From the IMG/VR virus record IMGVR_UViG_3300024302_000397, positions 1-56,645 of that record: 56,645 bases of DNA; one strand, given 5' to 3'. Position 1 is the stretch's first letter. Every line of letters begins with the position of its first letter. The DNA comes from a virus. Its lineage: Duplodnaviria > Caudoviricetes. Made by a program: the position numbers and the translations under genes. This document shows, one piece after another, positions 8,442 to 18,784 of the stretch. A model generated the notes under the pieces. It had not been told where the DNA came from. It was given only the letters and a program-made list of their open reading frames with translations, and searched no databases.

Positions 8442-8798
8442 ATGAGCAAACCACACTATTTAATGATGCAAGTAGAACACGGAGTATTCGATGTATTGGT
8501 ACAACTTAATCCTAATGAGATACGCATACTGAAACACTTAGTTGAGAATGTGCACTATGGGAATATTTGTTATGACAGACAGGTAGATATTGTGGAGACA
8601 ACTGGAATTGGTCCTTCGCACATGTCACAATATATATCTCGCTTACGGCAGTTAAATGTAATTCGTAAATATCGGAGAAGTTTGTTTATGATTAATCCTG
8701 AATACTTCTTTGCTGGGTCTTTAGATGAAAAACCTAAATTGCGTGCTGTGTATTCTAAGTTAGATAAGGTGGAGGTGGACGATGCAGAAGATAACTAG
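8442..8798 (+). CDS. Winged-HTH protein, RepL-like
   Basis: RILKHL..N....RQVDIVETTGIGPSHMSQYISRLRQLNVI...FMINPEYFFAG pattern. ATG 8442 lies just downstream of TATAAT (8430-8435), so it may be leaderless; the track uses TTG 8373. Confidence 0.65.
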   Translation: MSKPHYLMMQVEHGVFDVLVQLNPNEIRILKHLVENVHYGNICYDRQVDIVETTGIGPSHMSQYISRLRQLNVIRKYRRSLFMINPEYFFAGSLDEKPKLRAVYSKLDKVEVDDAEDN

Positions 8799-9195
8799 TT
8801 CTTTGTCTGAGATGTCTCTGTCTGACTTTCGTAGTTACCCTAGTGTGCAGAAGGTGGCAATTAATCATGGGTATATCTATATATTAAAAGACTCCAGCTA
8901 TCCTGGGTACATCAAGGTGGGGATGACACGAGACTTGAAGCGTAGGTATAAAGAATATAATCAACACAAACCTTATAATACTGCTGAGTTCGTAGCTGTC
9001 AGTGATCCGTTTGAGGATGCTGTCAAGGTAGAGAAGAAGATATTAGAGGTTTTAGTTAAAGAGATTCAACCTATCGGTGCTAAGCTTGAGTGGTTTGAAG
9101 ATTTACATGAGGAACGTATGAGAGAAATTATTATAGAGGCAGAGAGTCATTTTCTTGCTTATAACCCTGCGGGAGATATATATGCCACTAACTAG
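8782..9195 (+). CDS. GIY-YIG superfamily, T5orf172-like domain protein
   Basis: GYIYIL...PGYIKVGMT..LKRR...N...VEKKI...EWF motif series; GGAGG RBS. Confidence 0.8.
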   Translation: MQKITSSLSEMSLSDFRSYPSVQKVAINHGYIYILKDSSYPGYIKVGMTRDLKRRYKEYNQHKPYNTAEFVAVSDPFEDAVKVEKKILEVLVKEIQPIGAKLEWFEDLHEERMREIIIEAESHFLAYNPAGDIYATN

Positions 9196-9928
9196 TAAGA
9201 GCAGCGCTATTGCACAGGTTGATATAGATAGTAAGCTTTCTATATCACAGTTACAAGGGGGCTTGCCTCCACGTATGCGTAAATATGTGACACAAGAGAT
9301 GGTTAATGTTGTTAATGATGTCGAGGATGGGGACTTCAGAGAACACTACCGTAATAATGTGATGAGCTTTACTACTGTGTTAAAGGCAGGTAAGTTTAAA
9401 ACTCTGGACTATGTAAATGCTGTGAAGTTTGTTAGTTACAAGCTACTCGGAGACGGGAACACTCTTGCTTACAGCAAGACGTTCCCTGAGAGATATAAAC
9501 GTTTAGTGGATAATGGGATTACTGGGAAGAACATTGCCTCGTATTCTACGGCGTACAATCGTGGTGATTTAGTTAATAAGATTATGGAGCAATCGTTAGT
9601 TCCTATTCATATTTTAAATATGGATATTCATCAGGAAGCTATCAATATACAAGCTGAGCTTATGCGGGATGCCAAATCAGAAACTGTTAGACAGAAGGCG
9701 GCTGAGTGCTTGATTATGCAACTTAAAGCCCCTGAGTCAGCTAAGATTGAGATTGATGTTAATTACTCTAATGATTCTATTGATGAGCTGCGTGCAACTA
9801 CACGAGCTTTAGCACAACAACAAATGAAGCTTATCGAGAGTGGAGCTGTTACGGCACAAACTGTGGCACATTCTGATATTATTGCTCGGAAGAAACCTGA
9901 AATTGAAACGGAGTATGAAGAGCTATGA
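9182..9928 (+). CDS. N4 gp69-like protein (candidate terminase small subunit)
   Basis: Upstream of the large terminase; YVNAVKFVSYKLLG...AYSKTFPERY...YNRGDLVNKIMEQ resembles the conserved N4-like gene; ATG 9182 after GGAG. Confidence 0.7.
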   Translation: MPLTSKSSAIAQVDIDSKLSISQLQGGLPPRMRKYVTQEMVNVVNDVEDGDFREHYRNNVMSFTTVLKAGKFKTLDYVNAVKFVSYKLLGDGNTLAYSKTFPERYKRLVDNGITGKNIASYSTAYNRGDLVNKIMEQSLVPIHILNMDIHQEAINIQAELMRDAKSETVRQKAAECLIMQLKAPESAKIEIDVNYSNDSIDELRATTRALAQQQMKLIESGAVTAQTVAHSDIIARKKPEIETEYEEL

Positions 9929-10091
9929 TGGATATTATGTTAGGTGTGCTGGGTATGGGCGCTATGGGTGCTATGTTTTATATTGTAAGTAAATGGCTTA
10001 ATGAAAAATGGTAGAACTAATAATGTTAGGATTACTTTTGGGATTGGGGTTAGGCCTGATAATCGTTATAGATAATTTATGGAGGAGATAG

Positions 10092-10295
10092 ATGATTCAT
10101 TGTATGGCAGATTGTTTAGGTAAATTGAGAGCTATTAAACTAATGGCACAGGCGGGGATTAATGAATCAACTGACCAACGGGAAAGAAATAGGTTTGAGC
10201 AGATCTCTATGGAGGTAAGCTACTTATTAGTAGAAGCTGAGTCAGACGCTAATTCTGGGGATAGCTTTCTACGTAACCGTTCTGAAGAGGAGTAG
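10092..10295 (+). CDS. Hypothetical protein
   Basis: GGAGGAG RBS; stop abuts terminase start. Confidence 0.6.
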   Translation: MIHCMADCLGKLRAIKLMAQAGINESTDQRERNRFEQISMEVSYLLVEAESDANSGDSFLRNRSEEE

Positions 10296-11888
10296 ATGTC
10301 TGAGCTAATTAAAAAGGATGTAGATGAGTGGCTTAATGATATAAGTTATGAAGAGGACCCTACATATACGCCTAGTGAGTTTTCACTAGAGTTTATTAGC
10401 TTTATTAAGCTAGTTAACGGTGAGGATGGTGAGGAGCACAAGTCTCCTGTGATTCATTACAGAATGTTAGACAATGTTGGTGGTATGAAGGAGAATATCG
10501 CTAATATGTGTTCTCGTGGTTTAGCTAAGACTACAGTACTGGGTGAGTATTTATTCTTGTACATAGCTACGTATGGCAACATACCTGGGTTTGGTAAGGT
10601 AAATCTAGCTATATATGTGTCTGATAGCATGGAGAACGGTGTTAAGAACATGCGTAAGAACGTTGAGTACCGCTACCATAACAGTGACTTCTTGCAAAAA
10701 TACATACCTAAGATTAGATTTACTGATGCTAGAATGGAATTTGAGAATGCACAAGGTAAACAGTTTGTTGTTAAGATGTATGGTGCTAAAACTGGTGTTC
10801 GTGGTGCGAAAGAGATGGGACAACGTCCTACATTAGCTGTGTTAGATGACTTAATCAGTGATGATGACGCTAGATCGCCTACGGTTATTGCCAGTATTGA
10901 GGATACTGTGTACAAAGCTGTAGATTACGCACTACATCCTACTAAAAAGAAGACTATTTGGTCTGGAACTCCCTTTAATGCTAAAGACCCTTTGTATAAA
11001 GCAGTAGAATCAGGCGCATGGCACGTCAACGTGTACCCAGTGTGTGAAAAGTTTCCTTGTGCAGAGGATGAGTTTAAAGGTGCTTGGGGTGATAGATTCG
11101 ATTACAGGTATGTTACGGCCCAATATGAGAAGGCTAAGAAGACTGGTAAGCTAGATGGCTTCAACCAGGAGCTTATGCTACGTATTATGTCTGAAGAGGA
11201 ACGTCTAATTAAGGACAGTGACATGATATGGTACAAACATGCTAATGTTAAGACGAACCTGGGGGCGTTTAACTTCTATATTACTACTGACTTCGCTACA
11301 TCTGAGAAGGAAAGTGCTGACTTTAGTACGATTAACGTGTGGGCGTACAACAATAACGGGGATTGGTTGTGGGTAGATGGGTTTTGTAAGAAGGCCTTGA
11401 TGAATGAATCTATAGATGAGCTGTTTAGATTAGCTCAGAAGTATCATCCTCAAGAGGTGGGGGTGGAAGTTACTGGTCAGCAGGGGGGTTTCATTGCTTG
11501 GATACAGAATGAGATGATGAATCGTAATAACTACTTTACTTTAGCTTCAGGCCGTGGGAAGACCTCTCCAGGAATACGTCCTAATAAGGACAAGATGAGC
11601 CGATTCCAGCAAACTGCGGTACCACTATTCAAAAGCGGTAAGATATGGTTTCCTGAGGAGCTGAGGGACTCTGCTGAGCTATCTGAGATGATAGATGAGC
11701 TGTCATTAGCAACTATCAAGGGATTTAAGTCTAAGCATGATGACCAGATAGACAATATCTCTATGTTAAGTGAGTTTAATGCGTGGAAGCCTAGTGAAGT
11801 CTCAACAGATGAGCATAGTAAAGATGGTAGTATGTTATGGGATGATGAGGAGCCTGATAACGGAGGAGACAGTTCTTATTTTGTATAA
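10296..11888 (+). CDS. terL: Terminase large subunit (N4 gp68-like)
   Basis: Walker A-like SRGLAKTT, Walker B LAVLDD, GTPF motif, RNase H-like nuclease residues TTDFA...ADFS...HDDQID. Confidence 0.93.
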   Translation: MSELIKKDVDEWLNDISYEEDPTYTPSEFSLEFISFIKLVNGEDGEEHKSPVIHYRMLDNVGGMKENIANMCSRGLAKTTVLGEYLFLYIATYGNIPGFGKVNLAIYVSDSMENGVKNMRKNVEYRYHNSDFLQKYIPKIRFTDARMEFENAQGKQFVVKMYGAKTGVRGAKEMGQRPTLAVLDDLISDDDARSPTVIASIEDTVYKAVDYALHPTKKKTIWSGTPFNAKDPLYKAVESGAWHVNVYPVCEKFPCAEDEFKGAWGDRFDYRYVTAQYEKAKKTGKLDGFNQELMLRIMSEEERLIKDSDMIWYKHANVKTNLGAFNFYITTDFATSEKESADFSTINVWAYNNNGDWLWVDGFCKKALMNESIDELFRLAQKYHPQEVGVEVTGQQGGFIAWIQNEMMNRNNYFTLASGRGKTSPGIRPNKDKMSRFQQTAVPLFKSGKIWFPEELRDSAELSEMIDELSLATIKGFKSKHDDQIDNISMLSEFNAWKPSEVSTDEHSKDGSMLWDDEEPDNGGDSSYFV

Positions 11889-11911
11889 AGTAACTACTCA
11901 ACTACACAACG

Positions 11912-11920
11912 TGGTATGAT
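11912..11920 (+). promoter_or_regulatory. Extended -10 sigma70-type late promoter candidate
   Basis: TGGTATGAT in the intergenic gap before ORF 11954. Confidence 0.45.
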
Positions 11921-11953
11921 AAATACCATAAGTATTTATTTAGGGGAAACCTT

Positions 11954-12622
11954 TTGAAAGTTTACGAGTATATGGACTTCTTAGTTAATGGTGAGATTAG
12001 CCAGTTAGCTACATCAGATGTTGGCGACTTAACTCCTGGAGCAGCCGCTCCTACTACAGTGCAGGCTAAAAATAGAGACAAGCTTCGCTCGTTTATTAAC
12101 TTAGCTAACATCGAGTTGCATAAGAAGTTCAACATACTACAAAAAGATATGGAATTAGACTTCGCACTTAACGGTGAAGAGTTTAATCTGCCAGATGACT
12201 TCTTGCATGCTACTAGTTGTAGCTTCACAGATGGCGAAGAGATTGCTATTAACAATGATAAAAAGCGTCTAGTAAATGAAGTGGATGTAAACGTATCTGT
12301 AATATTCAAAGACCCATCTAAGCTAGTTATTAAAGGTACAGATGAGGACGGTAGGAAAGATATGCTCGTTACGTATACTGCTTCACCTAAATTAGCTAAG
12401 AGTATCACAGTAAACTTACAACTACCTCAGATATACACAGAGGCGTTGCTTAACTATGTAGCTTACAAGGCGCATGCTACGATTAGTGGTGACATGAAGG
12501 CTGAGAACAACACATATTACTTACGTTATAACGAAAGCTGTAAACAGATCAACTTATTAGGACTACGTAACCCGGATAACTTAGATGCTAATACTAAATT
12601 AGAAGATAATGGCTTTATCTAA
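11954..12622 (+). CDS. Head-tail adaptor / structural protein (N4 gp67-like)
   Basis: Follows terminase; INLANIELHKKF and EALLNYVAYK adaptor-like helices; TTG start after GGGG RBS. Confidence 0.7.
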   Translation: MKVYEYMDFLVNGEISQLATSDVGDLTPGAAAPTTVQAKNRDKLRSFINLANIELHKKFNILQKDMELDFALNGEEFNLPDDFLHATSCSFTDGEEIAINNDKKRLVNEVDVNVSVIFKDPSKLVIKGTDEDGRKDMLVTYTASPKLAKSITVNLQLPQIYTEALLNYVAYKAHATISGDMKAENNTYYLRYNESCKQINLLGLRNPDNLDANTKLEDNGFI

Positions 12623-12630
12623 GAAACTAG

Positions 12631-12639
12631 TGTTATAAT
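12631..12639 (+). promoter_or_regulatory. Extended -10 sigma70-type late promoter candidate
   Basis: Perfect TG-T-TATAAT in the intergenic gap upstream of the tail operon. Confidence 0.6.
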
Positions 12640-12696
12640 AAAGACAAATTTATTGCATGCCAAATGCTGAGAACAACCTCCAGGAGGAGTTAAATA

Positions 12697-13074
12697 ATGG
12701 CTTATTACGATACAATCAACCTTGTTGCGGGTGATGACAAACCAGAGCTTAACTTTACGTTAAGAGACTCAAACACCGCTGCGACAGGTGCAACCCTTGA
12801 TGAAGATGATGCCACTACGTGGGCACCTATCGACCTTACAGGGCAAACCGTAAGAGTACATTTTCGCCTCCTAGGAAGTTCTGCAGTTTTGGATACTATT
12901 ACTTGTGGGTTAACTGCACCGTACACTTCAGGTAAGTGTTTCATGCAGTGGAATCCCACAACTTTAGATGTTGATGCTGGTACTTACGAAGGCGAGATTG
13001 AGGCAGAAGACTCAACTGGGCGTAAGCAAACCATCTTTGATAAACTAAAGTTTAAGGTAAGAGCAGACTTCTAG
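12697..13074 (+). CDS. BppU-N-like Ig-fold tail protein
   Basis: GDD.PELNFTL.D...PIDLTG.TV...AGTYEGEIE....G..QT pattern; AGGAGG RBS. Confidence 0.65.
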   Translation: MAYYDTINLVAGDDKPELNFTLRDSNTAATGATLDEDDATTWAPIDLTGQTVRVHFRLLGSSAVLDTITCGLTAPYTSGKCFMQWNPTTLDVDAGTYEGEIEAEDSTGRKQTIFDKLKFKVRADF

Positions 13075-13078
13075 TACA

Positions 13079-14719
13079 GTGGCTATACGCGCCTCAATAT
13101 CCTACGCATCACTGCAAGCTAGTGTATCGTCAGCTAAACCAGCTGCGAGTATTACATATGAGTTAGCTAACGCTACAGGTATATGGACTGACCCAGACTC
13201 TAAGAATAGAGTGCTTAAGGATGAGTTTCCTTTATCAGACGTACGCTTCAACCTTGTAGAAAAGAATTTAACAGATAGTGTACCTCTAGTAGATGTTAGC
13301 GCCTATGACTTCGCTGCATTAAAAGCAGATAGCTTTACCTTTGCTGATACCTTCGCAAGGGTTGTAGCATACCACCGTAGCTTCACTGACGCCTTCACTC
13401 TAGACGACCTAAGCCAAATTGATAAAGACTTCTATGGTAACAAGGGCAACATCTTTGCTTTCACAGACATCATAGGGCTAACTTACAATAAAGTCTTCAC
13501 AGACAGCTATACGGTAGGTGATGTAGTTTCAGTGGTTAACACCTTCAAACGTGAATTTACTGATAGCGTAGTTCCAGGGGATACCTCGTATTTAGACATC
13601 TCTAAAATATCAGATGATGACTTCGTGTTCGCTGATTCACAGGCTAAAGCATCTAGCAAAGCTACTACAGATATCTTTAGCTTTAGTGACATCCCCTCTG
13701 TAGGAACATACTTACCGAAATCAGATGACTTTAGCTTATCTGAGATGTACTTAACCGCAATTACTAAGCACGTTACAGATGCTTTTGTTCTAGACGATGC
13801 TACACAGGTAAACAAGGATTACTCAGGTAACAAAGGAAACCTCGTAGCGTTTACAGATGTATTAAGCAGAGTACTGCAGTACAAGCGTGCCTTTTCAGAA
13901 ACACTAACCTTTACTGATGTACCGGCGTTAGGCCTGCAAAAGAAAGTTAGTGACATGTTTAGTGTCTACGATGAGAAGTCAAACCCTCTAAATGCTAGCA
14001 CATTAAATGCACAATCGTTTAACGCACAAGAGAACCCTGTACTAATTACCACAGGGATAGGTAGTAGTGACGGTGTAGGCTTTACCGAAGTAGCAGCAGT
14101 TACCCAAAGTAAGGCACTAACCGACTCCACTGTAGTCGATGACACAAATGCGATATTAGTAAGCAAGCCTAAGACCGATTCCTTCGGTGTGTCGGATGAC
14201 AGCTATGTTAGTAGCGGGGTTAACCCTTCGGACAGCATTTCGTTCGGGGACTCGTACGAAAGGGTACTAAGTAAAGTATTAAGTGACGCCTTTGTTTTAG
14301 ATGACGCAGCGCTAATAAACAAGAACTATCTTGGTAACAAGGGCAACCTAATTGGGTTATCAGAGTTGGTATCGTTAGTTACTACATACAAGAGAACTAT
14401 AAGCGACTCCGTTGCTTTTAACGAAACCCTTGATACAGTATTCAACAAAAACGAAACAGAAAACATCACACTAAATGAGTTAACAGGAGTTACCTCTAGT
14501 AAAACACTAGGTGAAAACTTCACATTTAATGATGGTTATGGTTTACAATTAGCGAAACACGTTACTGACGCCTTCACACTAGATGATGCTGCGTTAGTGG
14601 ACAAAAACTATATTGGAAACAAAGGTAACATAATGAGTTTAAGCGACCTAGTTGAGGTTAATCTCATACGTAGTAATCAACTAGGAACGAGAAACTTAAA
14701 CACAATGCCATTTAACTAG
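13079..14719 (+). CDS. Repeat-rich putative tail/virion protein
   Basis: Four copies of DAF(T/V)LDD...(I/V)xKx(F/Y)xGNKGN plus many ~20-aa DSFxFxD-type repeats; tail operon context. Confidence 0.6.
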   Translation: MAIRASISYASLQASVSSAKPAASITYELANATGIWTDPDSKNRVLKDEFPLSDVRFNLVEKNLTDSVPLVDVSAYDFAALKADSFTFADTFARVVAYHRSFTDAFTLDDLSQIDKDFYGNKGNIFAFTDIIGLTYNKVFTDSYTVGDVVSVVNTFKREFTDSVVPGDTSYLDISKISDDDFVFADSQAKASSKATTDIFSFSDIPSVGTYLPKSDDFSLSEMYLTAITKHVTDAFVLDDATQVNKDYSGNKGNLVAFTDVLSRVLQYKRAFSETLTFTDVPALGLQKKVSDMFSVYDEKSNPLNASTLNAQSFNAQENPVLITTGIGSSDGVGFTEVAAVTQSKALTDSTVVDDTNAILVSKPKTDSFGVSDDSYVSSGVNPSDSISFGDSYERVLSKVLSDAFVLDDAALINKNYLGNKGNLIGLSELVSLVTTYKRTISDSVAFNETLDTVFNKNETENITLNELTGVTSSKTLGENFTFNDGYGLQLAKHVTDAFTLDDAALVDKNYIGNKGNIMSLSDLVEVNLIRSNQLGTRNLNTMPFN

Positions 14720-14730
14720 GAGAAAGACAA

Positions 14731-15201
14731 ATGATTAACGATAACTTTGCACTAACAGGTGCTTTAACAATCGCAGTAAATAACGAAGTAGTACAGAAGA
14801 CTGAGAACTTAGTAGTCTTAGTAGGTAAGAAGTGGGTTGCTAACCGTCTTAAGGACACAGGCACATCACCTACACACACGATTAAGTCAGAAATGTCACA
14901 CATGGCTATCGGTAAAGATACAACACCTAACTCAGGCGCTACAATTGTAAACGCAGCTAACACAACCCTTGTGGACGAAGTAGACAGAAACACACTTACT
15001 GTTGATGGTGGTACTGTTACTGATAACACTATTGAGTATGCTTGTACTTGGGCAGCAGGCGATGGCACAGCAGCTATTACTGAAGCAGGTATCTTTAATG
15101 CTTCTACAGCTGGCGACATGTTTGCACGTACTAAGTTTGCAGTAGTGAATAAAGGCGCAGCTGACTCTATGACTATTACTTGGACTATCACAGTATCTTA
15201 A
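14731..15201 (+). CDS. Putative tail structural protein
   Basis: NLVV..GK...HMAIG...L..E...ITEAGIFNA..AG.MFAR.....VNK...D..TITWTIT pattern typical of phage tail-associated proteins. Confidence 0.65.
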   Translation: MINDNFALTGALTIAVNNEVVQKTENLVVLVGKKWVANRLKDTGTSPTHTIKSEMSHMAIGKDTTPNSGATIVNAANTTLVDEVDRNTLTVDGGTVTDNTIEYACTWAAGDGTAAITEAGIFNASTAGDMFARTKFAVVNKGAADSMTITWTITVS

Positions 15202-15227
15202 TAGCTATCTAATACAGGAGGACAGCT

Positions 15228-17717
15228 ATGGCTGTTAAGTTTAGTAACAATGCGGTCACTACACTGTCCGCCGATATATCGGCAGGAGCTACAAGTTTTA
15301 CAGTAGCATCCGCTTCCACATTCCCAACACTAGGCGCTAGTGATTGGACTTATGTATCCCTAACTTCTGAAGTTGTTAAAGTAACAGCTATCAGTGGAAC
15401 TACATTTACTTGTGATGCTACATCAGGCGCTCATTCTAGCGGTGCTACCGTTGAACTACGCATGACATCTGAGCTATTGAATGACGTTGCTTTAGGTGAC
15501 GATGAAAGTTTAGACGCTATTAGTAATGCCTCAGCCATCACAGGTAACGCAGTAGATGTATTCATTTATGATACCTCGAATGACTCAGATGGTGGTGCTT
15601 GGAGAAAACGCACACAGGCTACCTCTTGGTACAATGAAACTTTAAACACATCTACTCGTGGCTCTCGTAAAGAGTTCCCTAGTGTTGCTGTGATTGTAGC
15701 TGAAGCTAACAAAGTAACTATCTATGATGGTGATACACCTGACTTAGATATGTGGATGGTGTTTGTAAAGACTACCCCAATTTTCGGACGATCTAATGCT
15801 TGGGGAAATATAAGTAGCTGTAGTATGCTAAACGGAACGCTAGTATTTGGCAATTCTTCAAGTTCCGCAGAAGCAGTGTTAAAGGTCAACTTTATAAGTG
15901 ATAATGGTTTTTTGTATCCTATTACTTCATATAGTTCATATGGCGGAGCTTATACTTCGGATATAGCATCAAGGGCAAATTCATATAGTTACGGCACTTC
16001 TGGTACAACAGTGGTAGTAGACGCCCCCATCAACGACGTAGCAATGACAGTCCTACCCAACGCCCCTATAGATGCGGCTACGGGTTTGCCAGTGCCTACT
16101 ATTGCAGTTGCAACGAATGGTGGTGTGAGTGTTATTAAGGATGATGGTACGGTTGTTGATTTAGTATCGGCTACTGACCAGTTTGGTGAGGTACATTTCA
16201 TTAATAATAAATTAGTTGTCCAGTGGAAGAACGGCGACATATTTCAAGTAGGTGATATTCCTTCGGCTGATGTCTCTACTGGGAACTTAATATCGTGGCA
16301 AACAGAGTATTATAGAACAGACATATCAATTACTGATGTTGATTTAGCATTATTAGGAAATAATGTAAGTTCGGGCGTAGGTGGCGAATCGTTATTTCAC
16401 GCAGCTGCGGAAGGTTTAACATTGCTAAAGCGCAATACAACAACCCCATCAGAAGGCTCAGTAGCCTACCTAACCTCAACCTACAACAGCGGATATATGA
16501 CTGGTGATATTAAAGGTGCTTGGCTATCTGATACTGATACTACGAATGTAGTTGGTGGTGAGTTGGTTAGTAATGGTACTTTTGATACTGATACTACTGG
16601 GTGGACTAATTTGGCAGTGGGTACTGTTACGGTTACTAGCGGAGTTGTTAGAGTTACAAGGGCTGGCAACCAAGACCCTACCATATATCAAGCGTTCAGC
16701 ACAGTTGTAGGAGAAACCTACACTGTATCAAGTCAGCACGTAAGCACTACAGCGGTATCAACGACACGTATTTTGTCTGGTACTGGCTCAGGTACAATAC
16801 TAGCTGACTCTGGTTTTACATCTGTGGCAGGGATTAAATCAGTAACATTCGTTGCCACAACAACAACTACCTCAATTCTTTTGATATGTGGCACATCTGT
16901 TGATGGACAATACGCTGAGTGGGACAACATCTCAGTCAAACTAGCAGACGCAGACCGCTCAGTAAACAACAACGGTCTTCAAGTCAACGGTACAATCACT
17001 AAGACTGCTGTAGCAACGGGTGCAGACCTTGTAGCTTATAGTGGCTTTAGTGCATCTAATTATCTTGAACAGCCTTACAACAGTGATTTAGACTTTGGTA
17101 CTGGTGACTTTAGTGTTATGGGTTGGGTTAAATCTAGTACCACAGGATATGTTTTTAACAGGAACGATGCAGAGAGTGCAGCACCTATTTTTGATATTTA
17201 CTTATCCAGCACTACCGTCAGGTACAGACTTGGTAGTGTAATTAATACAGACATAGCTCACTCATTCTCAGAATGGACATTTGTATGCTTTACTAGAACA
17301 TCAAATGCGGTAGGTATGTATGTAAATGGGCAACTTAAAGCAAGTTCAACTGCTACCACAAATCTAACAAATGTAGGTGCTACCACCTTCTTTGGTAGGC
17401 GAAATGGCGGAGGTGCTGAATTAACAGGTGGCTCTCTAGCCCTACTTCGCATCTCAGCAACAGCTCCAACAGCTGCTCAAATCAAAGAGATATACGAAGC
17501 AGAGAAGCCTCTATTCCAAGAGAACGCTAAGGCTACTCTAAACGGAACGTCAGACGCAGTACAGTGTCTAGCATACGATGACTCAACTGAGCTACTCCAC
17601 GTAGGAACTTCAGGTGGTCGTTCAACATTCCAAGGTTTACGTAGAGTAGATGAAACAGCAACTAACACAACAGAGATTTCTGCCCAAGGTGGAATGATTA
17701 TCGAGGAGACAGCATAA
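15228..17717 (+). CDS. Tail fibre / receptor-binding protein with CBM-like and LamG/ConA-like domains
   Basis: N-terminal FSNNA.TTL...I anchor; ELVSNGTFDTDTTGW (CBM-like); DFGTGDFSVMGWVK...WTFVCFTR...MYVNG (LamG-like). Confidence 0.75.
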   Translation: MAVKFSNNAVTTLSADISAGATSFTVASASTFPTLGASDWTYVSLTSEVVKVTAISGTTFTCDATSGAHSSGATVELRMTSELLNDVALGDDESLDAISNASAITGNAVDVFIYDTSNDSDGGAWRKRTQATSWYNETLNTSTRGSRKEFPSVAVIVAEANKVTIYDGDTPDLDMWMVFVKTTPIFGRSNAWGNISSCSMLNGTLVFGNSSSSAEAVLKVNFISDNGFLYPITSYSSYGGAYTSDIASRANSYSYGTSGTTVVVDAPINDVAMTVLPNAPIDAATGLPVPTIAVATNGGVSVIKDDGTVVDLVSATDQFGEVHFINNKLVVQWKNGDIFQVGDIPSADVSTGNLISWQTEYYRTDISITDVDLALLGNNVSSGVGGESLFHAAAEGLTLLKRNTTTPSEGSVAYLTSTYNSGYMTGDIKGAWLSDTDTTNVVGGELVSNGTFDTDTTGWTNLAVGTVTVTSGVVRVTRAGNQDPTIYQAFSTVVGETYTVSSQHVSTTAVSTTRILSGTGSGTILADSGFTSVAGIKSVTFVATTTTTSILLICGTSVDGQYAEWDNISVKLADADRSVNNNGLQVNGTITKTAVATGADLVAYSGFSASNYLEQPYNSDLDFGTGDFSVMGWVKSSTTGYVFNRNDAESAAPIFDIYLSSTTVRYRLGSVINTDIAHSFSEWTFVCFTRTSNAVGMYVNGQLKASSTATTNLTNVGATTFFGRRNGGGAELTGGSLALLRISATAPTAAQIKEIYEAEKPLFQENAKATLNGTSDAVQCLAYDDSTELLHVGTSGGRSTFQGLRRVDETATNTTEISAQGGMIIEETA

Positions 17718-18772
17718 TGGCTATTAACGTAACAAAACCTAGTGTCAATCTTCGTGAGAAGCTGAATGAACTGGAGACTAACAAAGGTCTAAAAGGTAAT
17801 GAGATACTACAAGCTGAAACCGCTCAGGAAGTAAGAAGCCTTATCGGTGCAGGTAGAAAGAACCTGATTATTAATGGTGATATGCAAGTTAGTCAACGTG
17901 GTAATTATACTACTGCCACTACTCTTGCTACTGGCTCATATTTTCTAGATAGATTTAAATTAGCTGCGGCTGTGGTTACAGCTCAAGTATCTAACCCTGA
18001 GGTTACACTTCCAAATGGAGATGTAACTAAGTCTGCAAAAGTAAGTGCAACCTCAGCAGGAACTGGTTTTATCGGAATTCGGCACACCTTAGAAGGTTAC
18101 AAGTCACTGACAGATAAGACAGTAACAGTCTCTTGTTGGATGCGCTCTAATTCTGCATACGCAGGTATAAGACAGGATAGTTTAACGGACAGGAGCATAA
18201 AGCATAGTGGTAACGGTGAGTGGGAGTACATAACAACAACTTGGAAGTATGGCACTCTAACTGCGGATAATAATAGCTCTACAGGAACTACTGTAGCATT
18301 TATAACCTATAATAACGCTAATGTATCTATAGCTGTTGGTGATTATATTGAAATCGCTCAAGTCCAACTAGAACTAGGCTCAGTAGCCACAGACTTTGAA
18401 CACCGTAGTTATGGTGAGGAACTGGCACTTTGTCAGAGGTATTTTCAGAAGAGTTATACAGATGGCATTTATGCTGGTACAAATACAACTGTAGGAATTG
18501 TGATTGTAAACGGCTCAACAGAGGGTGGTTCTAGTTCATATCAGTACTATACATACCCAGTACCTATGCGTGCAGCAGCCTCAATAACCTTTTATAATAG
18601 CTCAGGGGCATCAGGTGTTTGGCAAGGTAATTCCTCACCATCTAGTTCAGCAACAAGAACTGTAGCGTTAGACTATTCTGGAACTGCTGGGTTTTACTTT
18701 CACGTTGGTCTAGTAAATACGTGGGTAGTATGTCAGGTTTATGGGCATTTCACAGCAGATGCAGAACTTTAA
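17717..18772 (+). CDS. Tail fibre-associated protein with carbohydrate-binding-like domain
   Basis: RKNLIINGDMQVSQRG...DRF and QVQLELGSVATDFEHRSYGEELALCQRYFQK...ADAEL motifs common in phage tail proteins. Confidence 0.75.
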   Translation: MAINVTKPSVNLREKLNELETNKGLKGNEILQAETAQEVRSLIGAGRKNLIINGDMQVSQRGNYTTATTLATGSYFLDRFKLAAAVVTAQVSNPEVTLPNGDVTKSAKVSATSAGTGFIGIRHTLEGYKSLTDKTVTVSCWMRSNSAYAGIRQDSLTDRSIKHSGNGEWEYITTTWKYGTLTADNNSSTGTTVAFITYNNANVSIAVGDYIEIAQVQLELGSVATDFEHRSYGEELALCQRYFQKSYTDGIYAGTNTTVGIVIVNGSTEGGSSSYQYYTYPVPMRAAASITFYNSSGASGVWQGNSSPSSSATRTVALDYSGTAGFYFHVGLVNTWVVCQVYGHFTADAEL

Positions 18773-18784
18773 CAGGAGATTATT

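Noticed and set aside
13079-14719. Four GNKGN repeats as a CRISPR array or DGR template/variable pair
   Set aside because: The repeats are in-frame protein repeats with synonymous divergence. No reverse transcriptase or cas gene is seen, and no adenine-specific mismatch pattern was noticed.
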